From positions 1-43,471 of the forward strand of contig CALRXP010000001.1 in the NCBI GenBank assembly GCA_943372155.1: a stretch of DNA of 43,471 nucleotides. Reading direction: 5' to 3'. Origin of the DNA: Candidatus Endomicrobiellum trichonymphae. Lineage in GTDB: Bacteria; Elusimicrobiota; Elusimicrobia; UBA1565; UBA9628. A program made the translations under genes and the position numbers. Position 1 is the stretch's first letter. Each line of letters begins with the position of its first letter. Below, piece by piece: positions 33,051-41,716 of the stretch. The notes beneath the pieces are model-generated. The model worked only from the letters and a program-made list of their open reading frames with translations. It was not told the DNA's origin and made no database searches.

Positions 33051-33518
33051 CTACTTCGCCTTACGCGTCTTCGAAGACTTGCCCGCGAAGAGTGAATGAA
33101 ACGGGCAGTCCGTTCCGCAGGCGTCGGGCAGGCCCAAGGAGGTGCGAGTCTGGCAGTCGGCGCTGTCCTCGGCCATCTTCTCGATCTGCTTCTGCGCGTC
33201 GCGCGGAATCTTGCGGAAGGCGAGTCCGACGCTGTAGGTCTCGCCCTTCTGGTGCACGCGCACGACGCCGGCCTCGATGGAGACGCCTTCGAGGCCCGGG
33301 ATCGAGAGGGTCATCTGAAAAGACTTGGTGTGGGGCGGCTCGACGAACATGAGCAAGGAGATGCCGCCGGCTGAGAGGTCGGTCATGATGGCGGGCTGCT
33401 TGTGCATCGCGCTGTCGGAGCCCTCGAGCTCGAGCGTGATCGGCTCCACCATCCCTTCGACGACGCTGAAGCGGCGGTGCTTGCGGCGCTCGGCTCCGGT
33501 CTTCTTATGCTCGCTCAT
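33051..33518 (-). CDS. PilZ domain protein (putative c-di-GMP receptor) with a Cys/His-rich C-terminus
   Basis: 155 aa. RRKHRRF (RxxxR) and DLSAGGIS (D/NxSxxG) motifs. The C-terminus has CQTRTSLGLPDACGTDCPFH. Confidence 0.8.
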   Translation of the reverse strand: MSEHKKTGAERRKHRRFSVVEGMVEPITLELEGSDSAMHKQPAIMTDLSAGGISLLMFVEPPHTKSFQMTLSIPGLEGVSIEAGVVRVHQKGETYSVGLAFRKIPRDAQKQIEKMAEDSADCQTRTSLGLPDACGTDCPFHSLFAGKSSKTRKAK

Positions 33519-34797
33519 CTGTTTCCCCTTTCAAAATTCGTTTGCTCGTTCCGGTCACCCGGACCTTGACCAGCCGGCCGTCCGTCCCGGAGCCGTCCCA
33601 GGAGACCTTGAAGCCGTCCCGCGTGCGGCCGAAGCCGCTTCCCTCGTCCAGCACTTCGACGACCTTATTGACGCGGGCCGCCAACGCGTTTTCCGTCAGA
33701 CCGTCGCACAGCGCGTTGAGCCGCGACAGGCGCTCTTCTTTCACGGCGTCGGAGACGTCGTCCGTCATGCCCGCCGACTCCGTCCCCTCGCGGGGCGAGT
33801 ACTTGAACGTGTAAGACCACGAGGGCCGCAGGGCCCGGACGAGGTCGAGAGTGCGCTCGAAGTCCTCGTCGGTCTCCGAGGGGAATCCTACGATAATGTC
33901 CGTGGAGACTTCAACGTGAGGTAGGGTTCGCCGAAGGCGATTGGTTATATCGAGTATTTTGGCGGAATCATAGTTCCGACGCATGATCTTCAAAAGCCGG
34001 TCCGATCCGGATTGAATCGGCAAATGCAGCTGTTCGCAGACGCTTTTCGTTTCGGCCATCGCCGTAATCAAGTCGTCGTTGACGTAGTGCGGATGCGGGC
34101 TCTCGAAGCGAATTCGCTCCAAGCCTTCGATCTTGCCCAGGCGCCTCAGGAGCTCGGGGAAGCGGATTCCCCCCTCGTTCCAGCTGTTGACCGTCTGACC
34201 CAGCAAGGTGATCTCACGGGCTCCCAGCGCGACCTTCGCGCGCGCCTCGGCCATCACCGTTTCGTACGGCCGGTAAAGCTCGCGGCCGCGCACCGCGGGC
34301 ACGATGCAGTACGAGCAGGAGTAGTTGCAGCCGCGCATGATGGTGACGAAGGCGGAGTGCGGCGAGGACCAGCCCGTGGGCTTGTCGGGAGCTTCGGCCT
34401 CGGTCGCGAACGCCGCGCGGCTTTCCTTCAGCATGTCGAAGCGCGCGCCGAGCGCCTCCTCCACGATCTTGGGGTAATCCTCGATGGACTTGGCGCCGAC
34501 CACGAGATCCACGTATGGGAAGCGCTTTTGGATCCAAGGTCCCAGGCGCTCTGCCGCGCAGCCGGCGACGATCAGCACGCGCTCGGGGCGTTCGTCCTTC
34601 CACGCGCGAAGGCGTCCGATCAAAGACAGCGCCTTATCCTCCGCGTGCTGGCGCACGGTGCAGGTGTTGAGCACGATCGCGTCGGCGGTCTCCGGCTCGG
34701 CTACGGCGGTGAAGCCCCGGCCCTTGAGGGGCGACGCCAGCTCCTCGCCGTCGGCGACGGACATCTGGCAGCCGAACGTGACGACGTGCAGGCGCAT
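33505..34797 (-). CDS. miaB: tRNA-i6A37 methylthiotransferase (radical SAM)
   Basis: 430 aa. N-terminal UPF0004 cysteines (FGCQMS...NTCTVR...GC), radical-SAM CNYSCSYC, and a C-terminal TRAM domain. Confidence 0.9.
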   Translation of the reverse strand: MRLHVVTFGCQMSVADGEELASPLKGRGFTAVAEPETADAIVLNTCTVRQHAEDKALSLIGRLRAWKDERPERVLIVAGCAAERLGPWIQKRFPYVDLVVGAKSIEDYPKIVEEALGARFDMLKESRAAFATEAEAPDKPTGWSSPHSAFVTIMRGCNYSCSYCIVPAVRGRELYRPYETVMAEARAKVALGAREITLLGQTVNSWNEGGIRFPELLRRLGKIEGLERIRFESPHPHYVNDDLITAMAETKSVCEQLHLPIQSGSDRLLKIMRRNYDSAKILDITNRLRRTLPHVEVSTDIIVGFPSETDEDFERTLDLVRALRPSWSYTFKYSPREGTESAGMTDDVSDAVKEERLSRLNALCDGLTENALAARVNKVVEVLDEGSGFGRTRDGFKVSWDGSGTDGRLVKVRVTGTSKRILKGETDERA

Positions 34798-34799
34798 GC

Positions 34800-34982
34800 T
34801 CAGCGCTTTTTCCGCTTGGCCGGCTTTTGCTTCGGGAGCTTCTTGTCCCCGCCCTGACGGCCCATGCCGATCTCGACGAGGTTGTGGGTCGCCTCGATGA
34901 CCTGGCGGCGGGCCTCGGGGTCGAGCGGCGCGAGCGCCATGATGACCTTCTCGAGCGCGGCGAGCGTTTTCTTTTGGATCAT
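34800..34982 (-). CDS. small hypothetical protein with a Lys-rich tail
   Basis: 60-codon ORF packed between ASCH and miaB (stop 2 nt before the miaB ATG). Helical N-terminus and a KKLPKQKPAKRKKR tail. No recognisable family. Confidence 0.45.
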   Translation of the reverse strand: MIQKKTLAALEKVIMALAPLDPEARRQVIEATHNLVEIGMGRQGGDKKLPKQKPAKRKKR

Positions 34983-34999
34983 GGAGTCTCCTGCCCGGC

Positions 35000-35365
35000 C
35001 TAAATTTTGATCTTTCCCTGCACGACGCGGAAGTGCACCACGCGCATCTCCTCGTCCGGTCGAATCTGCCGCCCGTTCGCGAAATTCATCTTGTCCTTCA
35101 ACTCGGCCAAAGTCACGCCTTCGCGCTGGGCGAGGTCCTCATCGAAGCTGCCGAAGGTGCGCAGCTCGACGATCGTCACCACGAGCTGGGCGCGCACGCT
35201 GCCGTGCTTGTCCACAAGCTGCAGCTCGTCGCCGACCTTGAGATCGGCGTCCTCGGGATCATAGGCGGGACAGGCGGTGGCCGTTTTGCGGCCCGCCATG
35301 ATGGCCTGGATCATCTTCTCGCCCAGACCGCCGTCGCCGTACCAGCCGAAACGAAAGCGTTTCAC
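35000..35365 (-). CDS. ASCH domain protein
   Basis: 121 aa. IMAGRKTAT...VGDELQLVDKHG...VVTIVELRTF has the pattern of the ASCH/PUA-like beta-barrel family. Confidence 0.7.
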   Translation of the reverse strand: MKRFRFGWYGDGGLGEKMIQAIMAGRKTATACPAYDPEDADLKVGDELQLVDKHGSVRAQLVVTIVELRTFGSFDEDLAQREGVTLAELKDKMNFANGRQIRPDEEMRVVHFRVVQGKIKI

Positions 35366-35385
35366 CGTCGAGAATTATAACAATT

Positions 35386-35868
35386 CTAAGACGGCTTCTT
35401 GGCGCAGTCCTTGCACTGGCCGAAGACCTCGTGGCGATGCCACTTAGGGACGAACCCCGCCTTGCGGCAGGCTTCGTCTTGGATCTTCTCGAGCGAGGGC
35501 CAGCGGACCTCCTGAATGCGCCCGCAGGTAACGCAGATCAGATGGTCGTGGTGCGGCCGGTCGAGCTCGACCTCGAAGCGGGAGGTCCCGTCCCGGCCGA
35601 CGACGGGCGAGACGAGGCCGCACTCCTGCAGCATCTTGAGGGTGCGGAACACCGTGGCGCGGCCCACGCCGTGGGAGCGCAGCGCCACGTAGATTTCGTC
35701 CTGGCTCAGATGGTGGTCGGTCTTGAGGAACAGGTCGAGGATGAGGCGGCGCTGGCCGGTGAGCCGCAGGCCGTTTTTGGCGAGATGGTCGGTGAATACG
35801 CGCACGATTTTCGCCGCGTGCTTCTTGTCGTGGCCGGTGTCGTAGACGACGAGCTCTCTCACGGTCAT
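35386..35868 (-). CDS. Fur family transcriptional repressor (Fur/Zur/PerR not distinguishable)
   Basis: 160 aa. wHTH (ATVFRTLKMLQECGLV), HHDHLICVTCG and CKDC metal-site motifs. Confidence 0.88.
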   Translation of the reverse strand: MTVRELVVYDTGHDKKHAAKIVRVFTDHLAKNGLRLTGQRRLILDLFLKTDHHLSQDEIYVALRSHGVGRATVFRTLKMLQECGLVSPVVGRDGTSRFEVELDRPHHDHLICVTCGRIQEVRWPSLEKIQDEACRKAGFVPKWHRHEVFGQCKDCAKKPS

Positions 35869-35903
35869 AGGGTATCAGTCCGGGGCCGGGGACGCAATAT
35901 TTT

Positions 35904-35913
35904 AGTCATGACT
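35904..35913. promoter_or_regulatory. 10-bp perfect palindrome AGTCATGACT in the fur divergent promoter region
   Basis: Read directly from the sequence, embedded in the AT-rich GCAATATTTTAGTCATGACTCCTTGC between fur (start 35868) and the plus-strand gene (start 35932). Candidate operator. Confidence 0.4.
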
Positions 35914-35931
35914 CCTTGCTACAATCGGAGG

Positions 35932-36525
35932 ATGAAGCGGCTCTGGCCTTTGCCCGTTCTCCTCCTTTTGGCGCTCCCCTCGTTCGCCCAGGAAGGCGAC
36001 GACGCGGCCCCGACGGAGGACGCGCCTCAGGAAGAGAAGCTGGCGCCGCCCGAGGGCGAATCCGCCCCGAGCGAGGAGGCCGCGCCGAATTCCGACGCCG
36101 CGCCGAGCACGGACGCCGCTCCTAACTCGAACGACGCGCCGCCCGCGCCGGAAGCCGGCGCGGACGAAGGCGCGAAGCCCGAGCCCGAGACGGCCGACGC
36201 CGCTCCCTCCAAGGAGGAGCCCATCGTCAGCGTCAAGGCGGTGTCGGCTCCCTCCGAGGAAGGGGACGAGAACGACGTCGCTCCGCTGGTCGAGAAGAAA
36301 AAAGTGACGCCGACCGCGACGATCACGAAAACGCCGAAGGCGGGCGCCAAAGGTAAAAAGGCCGCCGTCAAAGGCGCGAAGCCGGCCAAGGGCAAGAAGG
36401 GCGCGAAGGTCGCTGCCTCTCCCGTCGTGAAAACGAAGGCCCCGGTGCTGGTCGCCGACGCCCCGCCTCCCCCCGCCCCGATTCCCGCCGTGCCGCTCAC
36501 GCCGATCACGCCGAGAAATCCCTAA
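35932..36525 (+). CDS. secreted low-complexity protein (acidic Ala/Pro/Glu/Asp half, basic Lys/Ala half, Pro-rich end)
   Basis: Track ORF 35431..36525. The ATG at 35932 follows GGAGG and gives signal peptide MKRLWPLPVLLLLALPSFA. It has AAPNSDAAPSTDAAPNSNDAPP repeats, then KTPKAGAKGKKAAVKGAKPAKGKKGAKVA. Confidence 0.6.
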   Translation: MKRLWPLPVLLLLALPSFAQEGDDAAPTEDAPQEEKLAPPEGESAPSEEAAPNSDAAPSTDAAPNSNDAPPAPEAGADEGAKPEPETADAAPSKEEPIVSVKAVSAPSEEGDENDVAPLVEKKKVTPTATITKTPKAGAKGKKAAVKGAKPAKGKKGAKVAASPVVKTKAPVLVADAPPPPAPIPAVPLTPITPRNP

Positions 36526-37244
36526 AGCTTCTCGACGGACGTAGCGAGCACCCACCCTTTCACGCCTTCTTTGAGCAATCCCACCTCGAGCCAGGCGCCC
36601 GCGTCGGACAGGATGCGCACACGCCGTCCTTCGGGCGCGGTGTAGCCGACGGTGAATTTCTCGCCGGGCCCGTTGCGCAGTTCGGCGCGGCTTTCGATGA
36701 TGACGCCGCGTCCCGGCGGCAGGACGGCCCGAAGCCCTGCCCACCAGAGGCCGAAGAGCAGCCAGGCCGCGCCGGCTCCGAGCAACCAATCGCGCAGACG
36801 CGCGCGTCGCTCCGCGGCGCCGAGCAGCGAAAACCCGGCGAGGATCAGCGTTGCCCACGCCGCGAGCCAGTGCAGGCCCGCCAGCTCGCGCGATGACAAG
36901 GCGGTGAAAGCGGTGAACGCGGGTCCGGGCACGCCGGGTGGAGCCAGCTCCTCGCCGGCGCGCTTGAGAGCGAAGTCCAGGTTGCGCCGCCCGTCGCCGT
37001 CGCGCGGGTCGAGGTCGAAGGCGCGCTGATACGAAGCGGAAGCTCGGCCGAGACGGCCGGACTTGAGGAGCGCGTTTCCGAGGTCGTAGCGGAGCGCGGC
37101 GTCGCCCGGGGTCTCGGCGACCAGCGCCGAGAAGGCGGAGGCGGCCCGCTCGAAATCGCCGGCGTCGTAGGCCGCTTTGGCGTCGGCATAAGGCGCGGCG
37201 ACGGCCGGCAACGCAAGCGCGGCGGCGAGCAAAGCGACGATCAT
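36522..37244 (-). CDS. batE: BatE-like protein (TPR plus C-terminal SH3-like domain)
   Basis: Track ORF 36522..37679. The ATG at 37244 makes an ATGA overlap with batD. Signal/TM, TPR (AAYDAGDFERAASAFSAL...LGNALLKSGRLGRASASYQRAF), two TMs, then GEKFTVGYTAPEGRRVRILSDAGAWLEV SH3-like. Confidence 0.75.
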   Translation of the reverse strand: MIVALLAAALALPAVAAPYADAKAAYDAGDFERAASAFSALVAETPGDAALRYDLGNALLKSGRLGRASASYQRAFDLDPRDGDGRRNLDFALKRAGEELAPPGVPGPAFTAFTALSSRELAGLHWLAAWATLILAGFSLLGAAERRARLRDWLLGAGAAWLLFGLWWAGLRAVLPPGRGVIIESRAELRNGPGEKFTVGYTAPEGRRVRILSDAGAWLEVGLLKEGVKGWVLATSVEKL

Positions 37245-39100
37245 GAGATTCCCCCCTTCTCGAAGGCCAGCGTCAGGTCCCGTATCTCGTCGGCCAGGCG
37301 CTTGACCTCGGCCTGACCGGCGCCGGACGGGGCGTAGCGCAGAAGGTCGAGCTCGTCCCAAACCGACTTGAGACGCGCGAGCTCGGCCGCGGTGGGCGGT
37401 GTCTTGAGATTTTGGAGACGATGGGTCACCGCCTTGAGCGTCAGGCCCGCGGCGGGCTGATCGAACTTGTCGGCGAAGAAACCGGTCAACGCCTCGCCGA
37501 GCAGGGCGGTGGCGCGGGCGCGCTCGGCTTCGGGTTGGGCCTCGGCTTGCTTGAGCCGCTGCGCGGCGACGCCGCGGGCCTCGCTCGCCCGCCTCGCGCG
37601 CGGGTTGGCCGACGCCGTGCGCCGGCGCCAGTCGACGCCCAGCGCGGTCAGGAAGAAGAGAACCGGCAGGGCGTGCCACGGGCCCGTCGCGCCGAACGCC
37701 GCCAGCGCGTCGCCGACGGCGGAGCGGCCGCCCGGAGCCTTGAGGTAGCTCACGTCGCTCGCCACCTCGGTCACGCCCGGAGCCGACGTCGTTCCCGGGC
37801 CCACGACGGGAAGCGCCGCGTTGGGATCGCCGGGCAGCACGGTGAGCTTGACCGGGGCGCTCTTCGCCCGTTCGAACGAGCGCTTGGCGGGATCATAGTA
37901 GGACACAGTCACCGGCGGAATCTCGAGCGGTCCGGACACGCGGGGCACGACGACGGTCTTGAAGGTTTTCGTGCCGCCGATCTTGTCGCCGAAGCGCTCG
38001 AGCTTCACGGAGCTTTCGGAGTCGAAAAAGCGGACCGAGGGCAGATCGGGCCGCTTGGGCTCGGGCAGGGACTTGATGTTGCCGACGCCGCTGACGACGA
38101 CCGTGAGGTTCAGCGCCTCGCCGGCCTTGAGCTGGGCCCGGTCGACGGAGGCCGTCACGCTCAGCTGGCCGACGACGCCGGAGTAATCCTCCGGCGCGCC
38201 GGGCGGCAAGGCCTCGGCCTGAAGCGTGAGCGGGTCGGTCTGCAGGCGTCGCGCCTCCGGGGCCTGCATGCTGAAGAAACGGTCGAAGAAATCATCGCCG
38301 GTGTTCGCGGCGCCGCGACGCGGGATTTGCACCACCACGGCGGCGGGCCCGATCAAGGCTCGTCCGGCTTGAACGGGGAAGAGCGCGCTCTTGAGCTCGG
38401 AGTAGTTGTAGCTACGCCCGCCGACCATCGTCGTGCCCTGGGTGTCGGCGCCGAAGTTTTCGGCCAGCAGTCCCGTCAGCTTCGGGGCGTCGTATTGCGG
38501 CGCGCCGAGCAACGGGACGGCGGTGAAGAAGCGCACGGTCAGCGTCACCTGTTCGTTGACGTAGGCCCGGTTTTTTTCGAGCGTGGCCGTGACGAAGGCG
38601 TCGGGCGTGGGGCCGCCGGTCGGCCGGGCCTCGGGCGGGGTCGGATGCGAGATAGCGGGATTGGTCGGCGGAACGGGCATCCCGGGCTGGGACGGCGGGG
38701 CGGCGGGCGGCGGAGCCGCAGCCGGAATATCGGGCTTAGGGGCCGCGTCAGCGATGAACTCCAGCGGCGCGGTCGGCGTCGCGCCCGGGACTTCGATGGG
38801 CGGCACGACGTAGCGGCCCGCTTTTCGCGGCGCGAGCACGAAGGTGTAGACCACGCTTGAGGAGACGCGGCCGTTGATGATCGACATGCTCTGGCTCTTG
38901 CCCGATTCGTAAATTTCGACGTCGGGGATGAGCGGCGGCTTGGGAGACGCCGAGCCCGAGCCGGAGATGGCGACCGAGAGCACCAGCTGCTCGCCGAAGG
39001 CCACGTGCGCGGTGTTCAGCGCCGCCGTGACGGAGAGATCGGCGGCCGCGGCCGAAGCGGCCGTCAGCCATGCGCAAACGACGAGGGCCATCGATTTCAC
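37241..39100 (-). CDS. batD: BatD (oxygen-tolerance) family protein
   Basis: 619 aa, GTG start overlapping the upstream stop. Signal peptide, repeated Ig-like segments (VAFGEQLVLSVAISG; VNEQVTLTVRFF; LKAGEALNLTVVVSG), a late TM and a cytoplasmic tail. This is typical BatD architecture and operon position. Confidence 0.8.
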   Translation of the reverse strand: MKSMALVVCAWLTAASAAAADLSVTAALNTAHVAFGEQLVLSVAISGSGSASPKPPLIPDVEIYESGKSQSMSIINGRVSSSVVYTFVLAPRKAGRYVVPPIEVPGATPTAPLEFIADAAPKPDIPAAAPPPAAPPSQPGMPVPPTNPAISHPTPPEARPTGGPTPDAFVTATLEKNRAYVNEQVTLTVRFFTAVPLLGAPQYDAPKLTGLLAENFGADTQGTTMVGGRSYNYSELKSALFPVQAGRALIGPAAVVVQIPRRGAANTGDDFFDRFFSMQAPEARRLQTDPLTLQAEALPPGAPEDYSGVVGQLSVTASVDRAQLKAGEALNLTVVVSGVGNIKSLPEPKRPDLPSVRFFDSESSVKLERFGDKIGGTKTFKTVVVPRVSGPLEIPPVTVSYYDPAKRSFERAKSAPVKLTVLPGDPNAALPVVGPGTTSAPGVTEVASDVSYLKAPGGRSAVGDALAAFGATGPWHALPVLFFLTALGVDWRRRTASANPRARRASEARGVAAQRLKQAEAQPEAERARATALLGEALTGFFADKFDQPAAGLTLKAVTHRLQNLKTPPTAAELARLKSVWDELDLLRYAPSGAGQAEVKRLADEIRDLTLAFEKGGIS

Positions 39101-40788
39101 CAGTCTTCTCCCGTCGGCGGCTTGCCCATCGCGCGCCGCCCCTTGCCTTCCTTCGCCTCACGTTGAGACTGTTTTTCGCGCTCGCTGACGGCGCGCAAGA
39201 TGCGGTCGGCCTCTTCCTTGGTCAACGAGTCCTGGGGGCGAGTCTTGGGCGGGGTCTTGGGTTGATTCTCCCCCCCGCCTCCCCCGCCCTTGGACTTCTC
39301 TTTATCCTTGTCGTCGGGCTTCGGATCGTTCTTCTTCTTGTCCTGGCCCTCCTTCTTCTGCGGGGGCGGATTCTTGAGCCGTTTCAGGGTGACGGCCAGA
39401 TTGTGGCGGGCGTCGGCGTCTCCGGGAGCCAGCGCCAGAGCGCCGCGGAACGCCGCGGCCGCGGCGGGAAATTCGTCTTTCTTGAAGCGCGCGTTGCCCA
39501 GGTTGTACAGCGCGGCCGCGCGCGTCGCGGCCGGCAACTCCTTGCGCTCGGCGACGGACTCGTACATGGCCATGGCGTCCTCGAGCTTTTCGAGGCGGTA
39601 CAGCGCGTCCCCGGCGTTGAACGACGGACGCGGGTCCTTGGGCTTCTTCGCGGCGGCCGCCGCGTAACGAACGAGAGAATCCTCGTATTTCTTCCCCGAG
39701 TAGAGTTTGTTTCCCGCCCGGAGTTCGCCCTCGGCCGTGGCCGCGGTGGCGGGAGCCGCGAGCGCGAACCAGGCGAGCGCGACGAGAGCGGCGGATTTCG
39801 TGACGGGCGCCGCGGCGGAGGCCGCGGGAAGGAGCGGAAGCAACAGCTCGATCAGCAGGAGCAGGAACGCGACCGACGCGGGCCAGGCGTAGCGGTTGCG
39901 CCAAAGATTGGCGGTGCCGGAGACGCCCTTGGCGGCGTCGAGCTCGCGCACGCGTTTGGCAATGTCGGCGATCTCATCGGAGCCGGGCGTCGCCCGATAA
40001 TAAGCGCCGCCTGTCTCGCGCGCGATTTTTGCGAGCATGCCCTCGTCCATCCGGCTGACGACCGTGCCGCCCGCGGCGTTCTTGTGATAGGTTCCGTCCG
40101 CGGCCGGGATCGGTTCGCCTTCCGGAGTACCGGTGCCCACGGTGAAGATCCTCACGCCCGCGGCGGCGGCCTCCTTGGCCGCGCCGAGCGGGTCGGACTT
40201 GTGATCCTCGCCATCGGTGAGCAGAATGAGGGCCTTGCCCCCGGGGTAGCGGCCGAGCATGGCGACCGAGGTGCGGATCGCGTCGCCGAGCGCGGTGCCG
40301 GGCGTAGGAACGGCGCCTACATCGAGCGCGCCGAGCAGCTGCTTCGCCGCGTCGGCGTCCTGCGTGAGCGGGCAGATCGTCTGCGCGGCCCCGGCGAAGG
40401 CGACGACGCCCACGCGTTCGCCGCGCAGCTGGTCGATGAGGATGGACAGCGAAGACTTCGCGCGCTCGAGGCGGCTCGGCTTGACGTCGGGCGTCATCAT
40501 GGAGAGCGAGACGTCCACGGCGATCACGGCCTGGCGCGCGTCCGAGCGCGTCTCCACGAGCTCCACGCCGAACTGCGGCCCGGCGAGGGCGAAGAGAATG
40601 AATGCGACCGCCCCGAGTCTCAGCGCGGCGACGTCCCGCCGCGGCGGCGCGACGTTCCGGACCAAGGTCGCGGCGCGGCCCATGGCCTCCGTCACCAGCC
40701 GCCGGCGGCGTTCGGCCCAACGTAGCAGGGCCCACGCCCCCGGAAGGACCAGGAGGCCCGCGGCGAGCCAGCGATAGTCGCGGAACAT
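39097..40788 (-). CDS. batB: BatB-like VWA protein fused to BatC-like TPR protein
   Basis: C-terminal 563 codons of track ORF 39097..41355, from the ATG at 40788 (MFRDYRWLAAGLL). Two N-terminal TMs, a VWA domain with MIDAS DVSLSM, a TM, then TPR units (GNKLYSGKKYEDSLVRY, GDALYRLEKLEDAMAMY, LGNARFKKDEFPAAAAAF) and a Lys/Pro/Gly-rich tail. No stop between the VWA and TPR parts. Confidence 0.8.
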   Translation of the reverse strand: MFRDYRWLAAGLLVLPGAWALLRWAERRRRLVTEAMGRAATLVRNVAPPRRDVAALRLGAVAFILFALAGPQFGVELVETRSDARQAVIAVDVSLSMMTPDVKPSRLERAKSSLSILIDQLRGERVGVVAFAGAAQTICPLTQDADAAKQLLGALDVGAVPTPGTALGDAIRTSVAMLGRYPGGKALILLTDGEDHKSDPLGAAKEAAAAGVRIFTVGTGTPEGEPIPAADGTYHKNAAGGTVVSRMDEGMLAKIARETGGAYYRATPGSDEIADIAKRVRELDAAKGVSGTANLWRNRYAWPASVAFLLLLIELLLPLLPAASAAAPVTKSAALVALAWFALAAPATAATAEGELRAGNKLYSGKKYEDSLVRYAAAAAKKPKDPRPSFNAGDALYRLEKLEDAMAMYESVAERKELPAATRAAALYNLGNARFKKDEFPAAAAAFRGALALAPGDADARHNLAVTLKRLKNPPPQKKEGQDKKKNDPKPDDKDKEKSKGGGGGGENQPKTPPKTRPQDSLTKEEADRILRAVSEREKQSQREAKEGKGRRAMGKPPTGEDW

Positions 40789-41716
40789 CAGGGCCACCTC
40801 AGGAGCGGGCCCGCGGAGAGCGCGGACTCGATAAGGAGAAGGAGCAGGGCCGCTGCGAGCGGCCAGGCGTGCAGGTCGCCCGTGGCCGCGATCTTGGGAA
40901 GGGCGACCTTCGACTTTTCGAGACGATCGATCGCGGAGAAAATATTCTTCAGCTCGCCGCCGTCCTGGGCCCGGTAGGCCTTGCCCTCGGTCAGGCGGCC
41001 GATTTCGGAGAGGAGCTCCTCGTCGAGATCGTCGGTGACCGGCAAGGTCACGCGGCCGTAGCGCGGATCGTCGACGGTCATGGAGGATTCGCCCTTGCCG
41101 GCGACGCCGATCGCGTAGACCTTGATGCCGTAGGAGGCCGCGGCCTTGGCCGCCGTCAGGGGATCGACGACCCCGGTGTTGCTCCGGCCGTCGGTGAGCA
41201 GGATGATGACCTTGCTCTTGGCGGTGGAGTCCTTCAGGCGCGAGACGGCGGAGGCGAGGCCGTCGCCGATCGCCGTGCCGTCGGCGCGAGTCATCCCGGC
41301 GTCCAAGTCGTCCAGGCTGCCGAGGAGGGCGTCGTAGTCGAGTGTCGGCGGGCACAGGAGCAGGGGCGCGCCGCCGAAGGTGGTGAGGCCGATGCGGTCC
41401 TGGGCGCGTCCGAGGATGAAGCGCTTGGCGGTCGCCTTCGCCGCGTCTACGCGCGTGGGCTTGAAGTCCACGGCCTTCATGGACATCGAGCGGTCGATGG
41501 CGAGCATGATGTCGATGCCCTCGCCGTCGCCGCCGCGGCGACGAGCGCGGCCGGAGCGAAGCGCGCGGCGAGCGCCCGTTTGGACGGGCGGCGCGCGCGA
41601 AGGAGCTCGCCGGCGGGCAGTCCCAGCTTCCCCCCCGTCGCGCGCCACAGAGCGGCGGCCGCCGCCGCGAGCGGAAGCAGGGCCAGGAGAAGGAGCCAGG
41701 GGTGAAGGAATCTCAC
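40788..41716 (-). pseudogene. batA: BatA-like VWA protein interrupted by an apparent frameshift
   Basis: The N-terminal BatA-like segment (GTG 41716: MRFLHPWLLLLALLPLAAAAAALWR...) is in one frame and stops at 41477. The VWA part (GIDIMLAIDRSMSM ... LLTDGRSNTG ... C-terminal TM) is in another frame (track ORF 40788..41648). The frames must switch within the GC-only run at about 41517-41550. Confidence 0.7.

Noticed and set aside
40788-41648. ATG 41648 as an intact batA start.
   Set aside because: The first 45 or so residues (MARDGGEAGTARRRAPSRAPP...) are out-of-frame-like, while the genuine BatA N-terminal TM segment is encoded in another frame from 41716.
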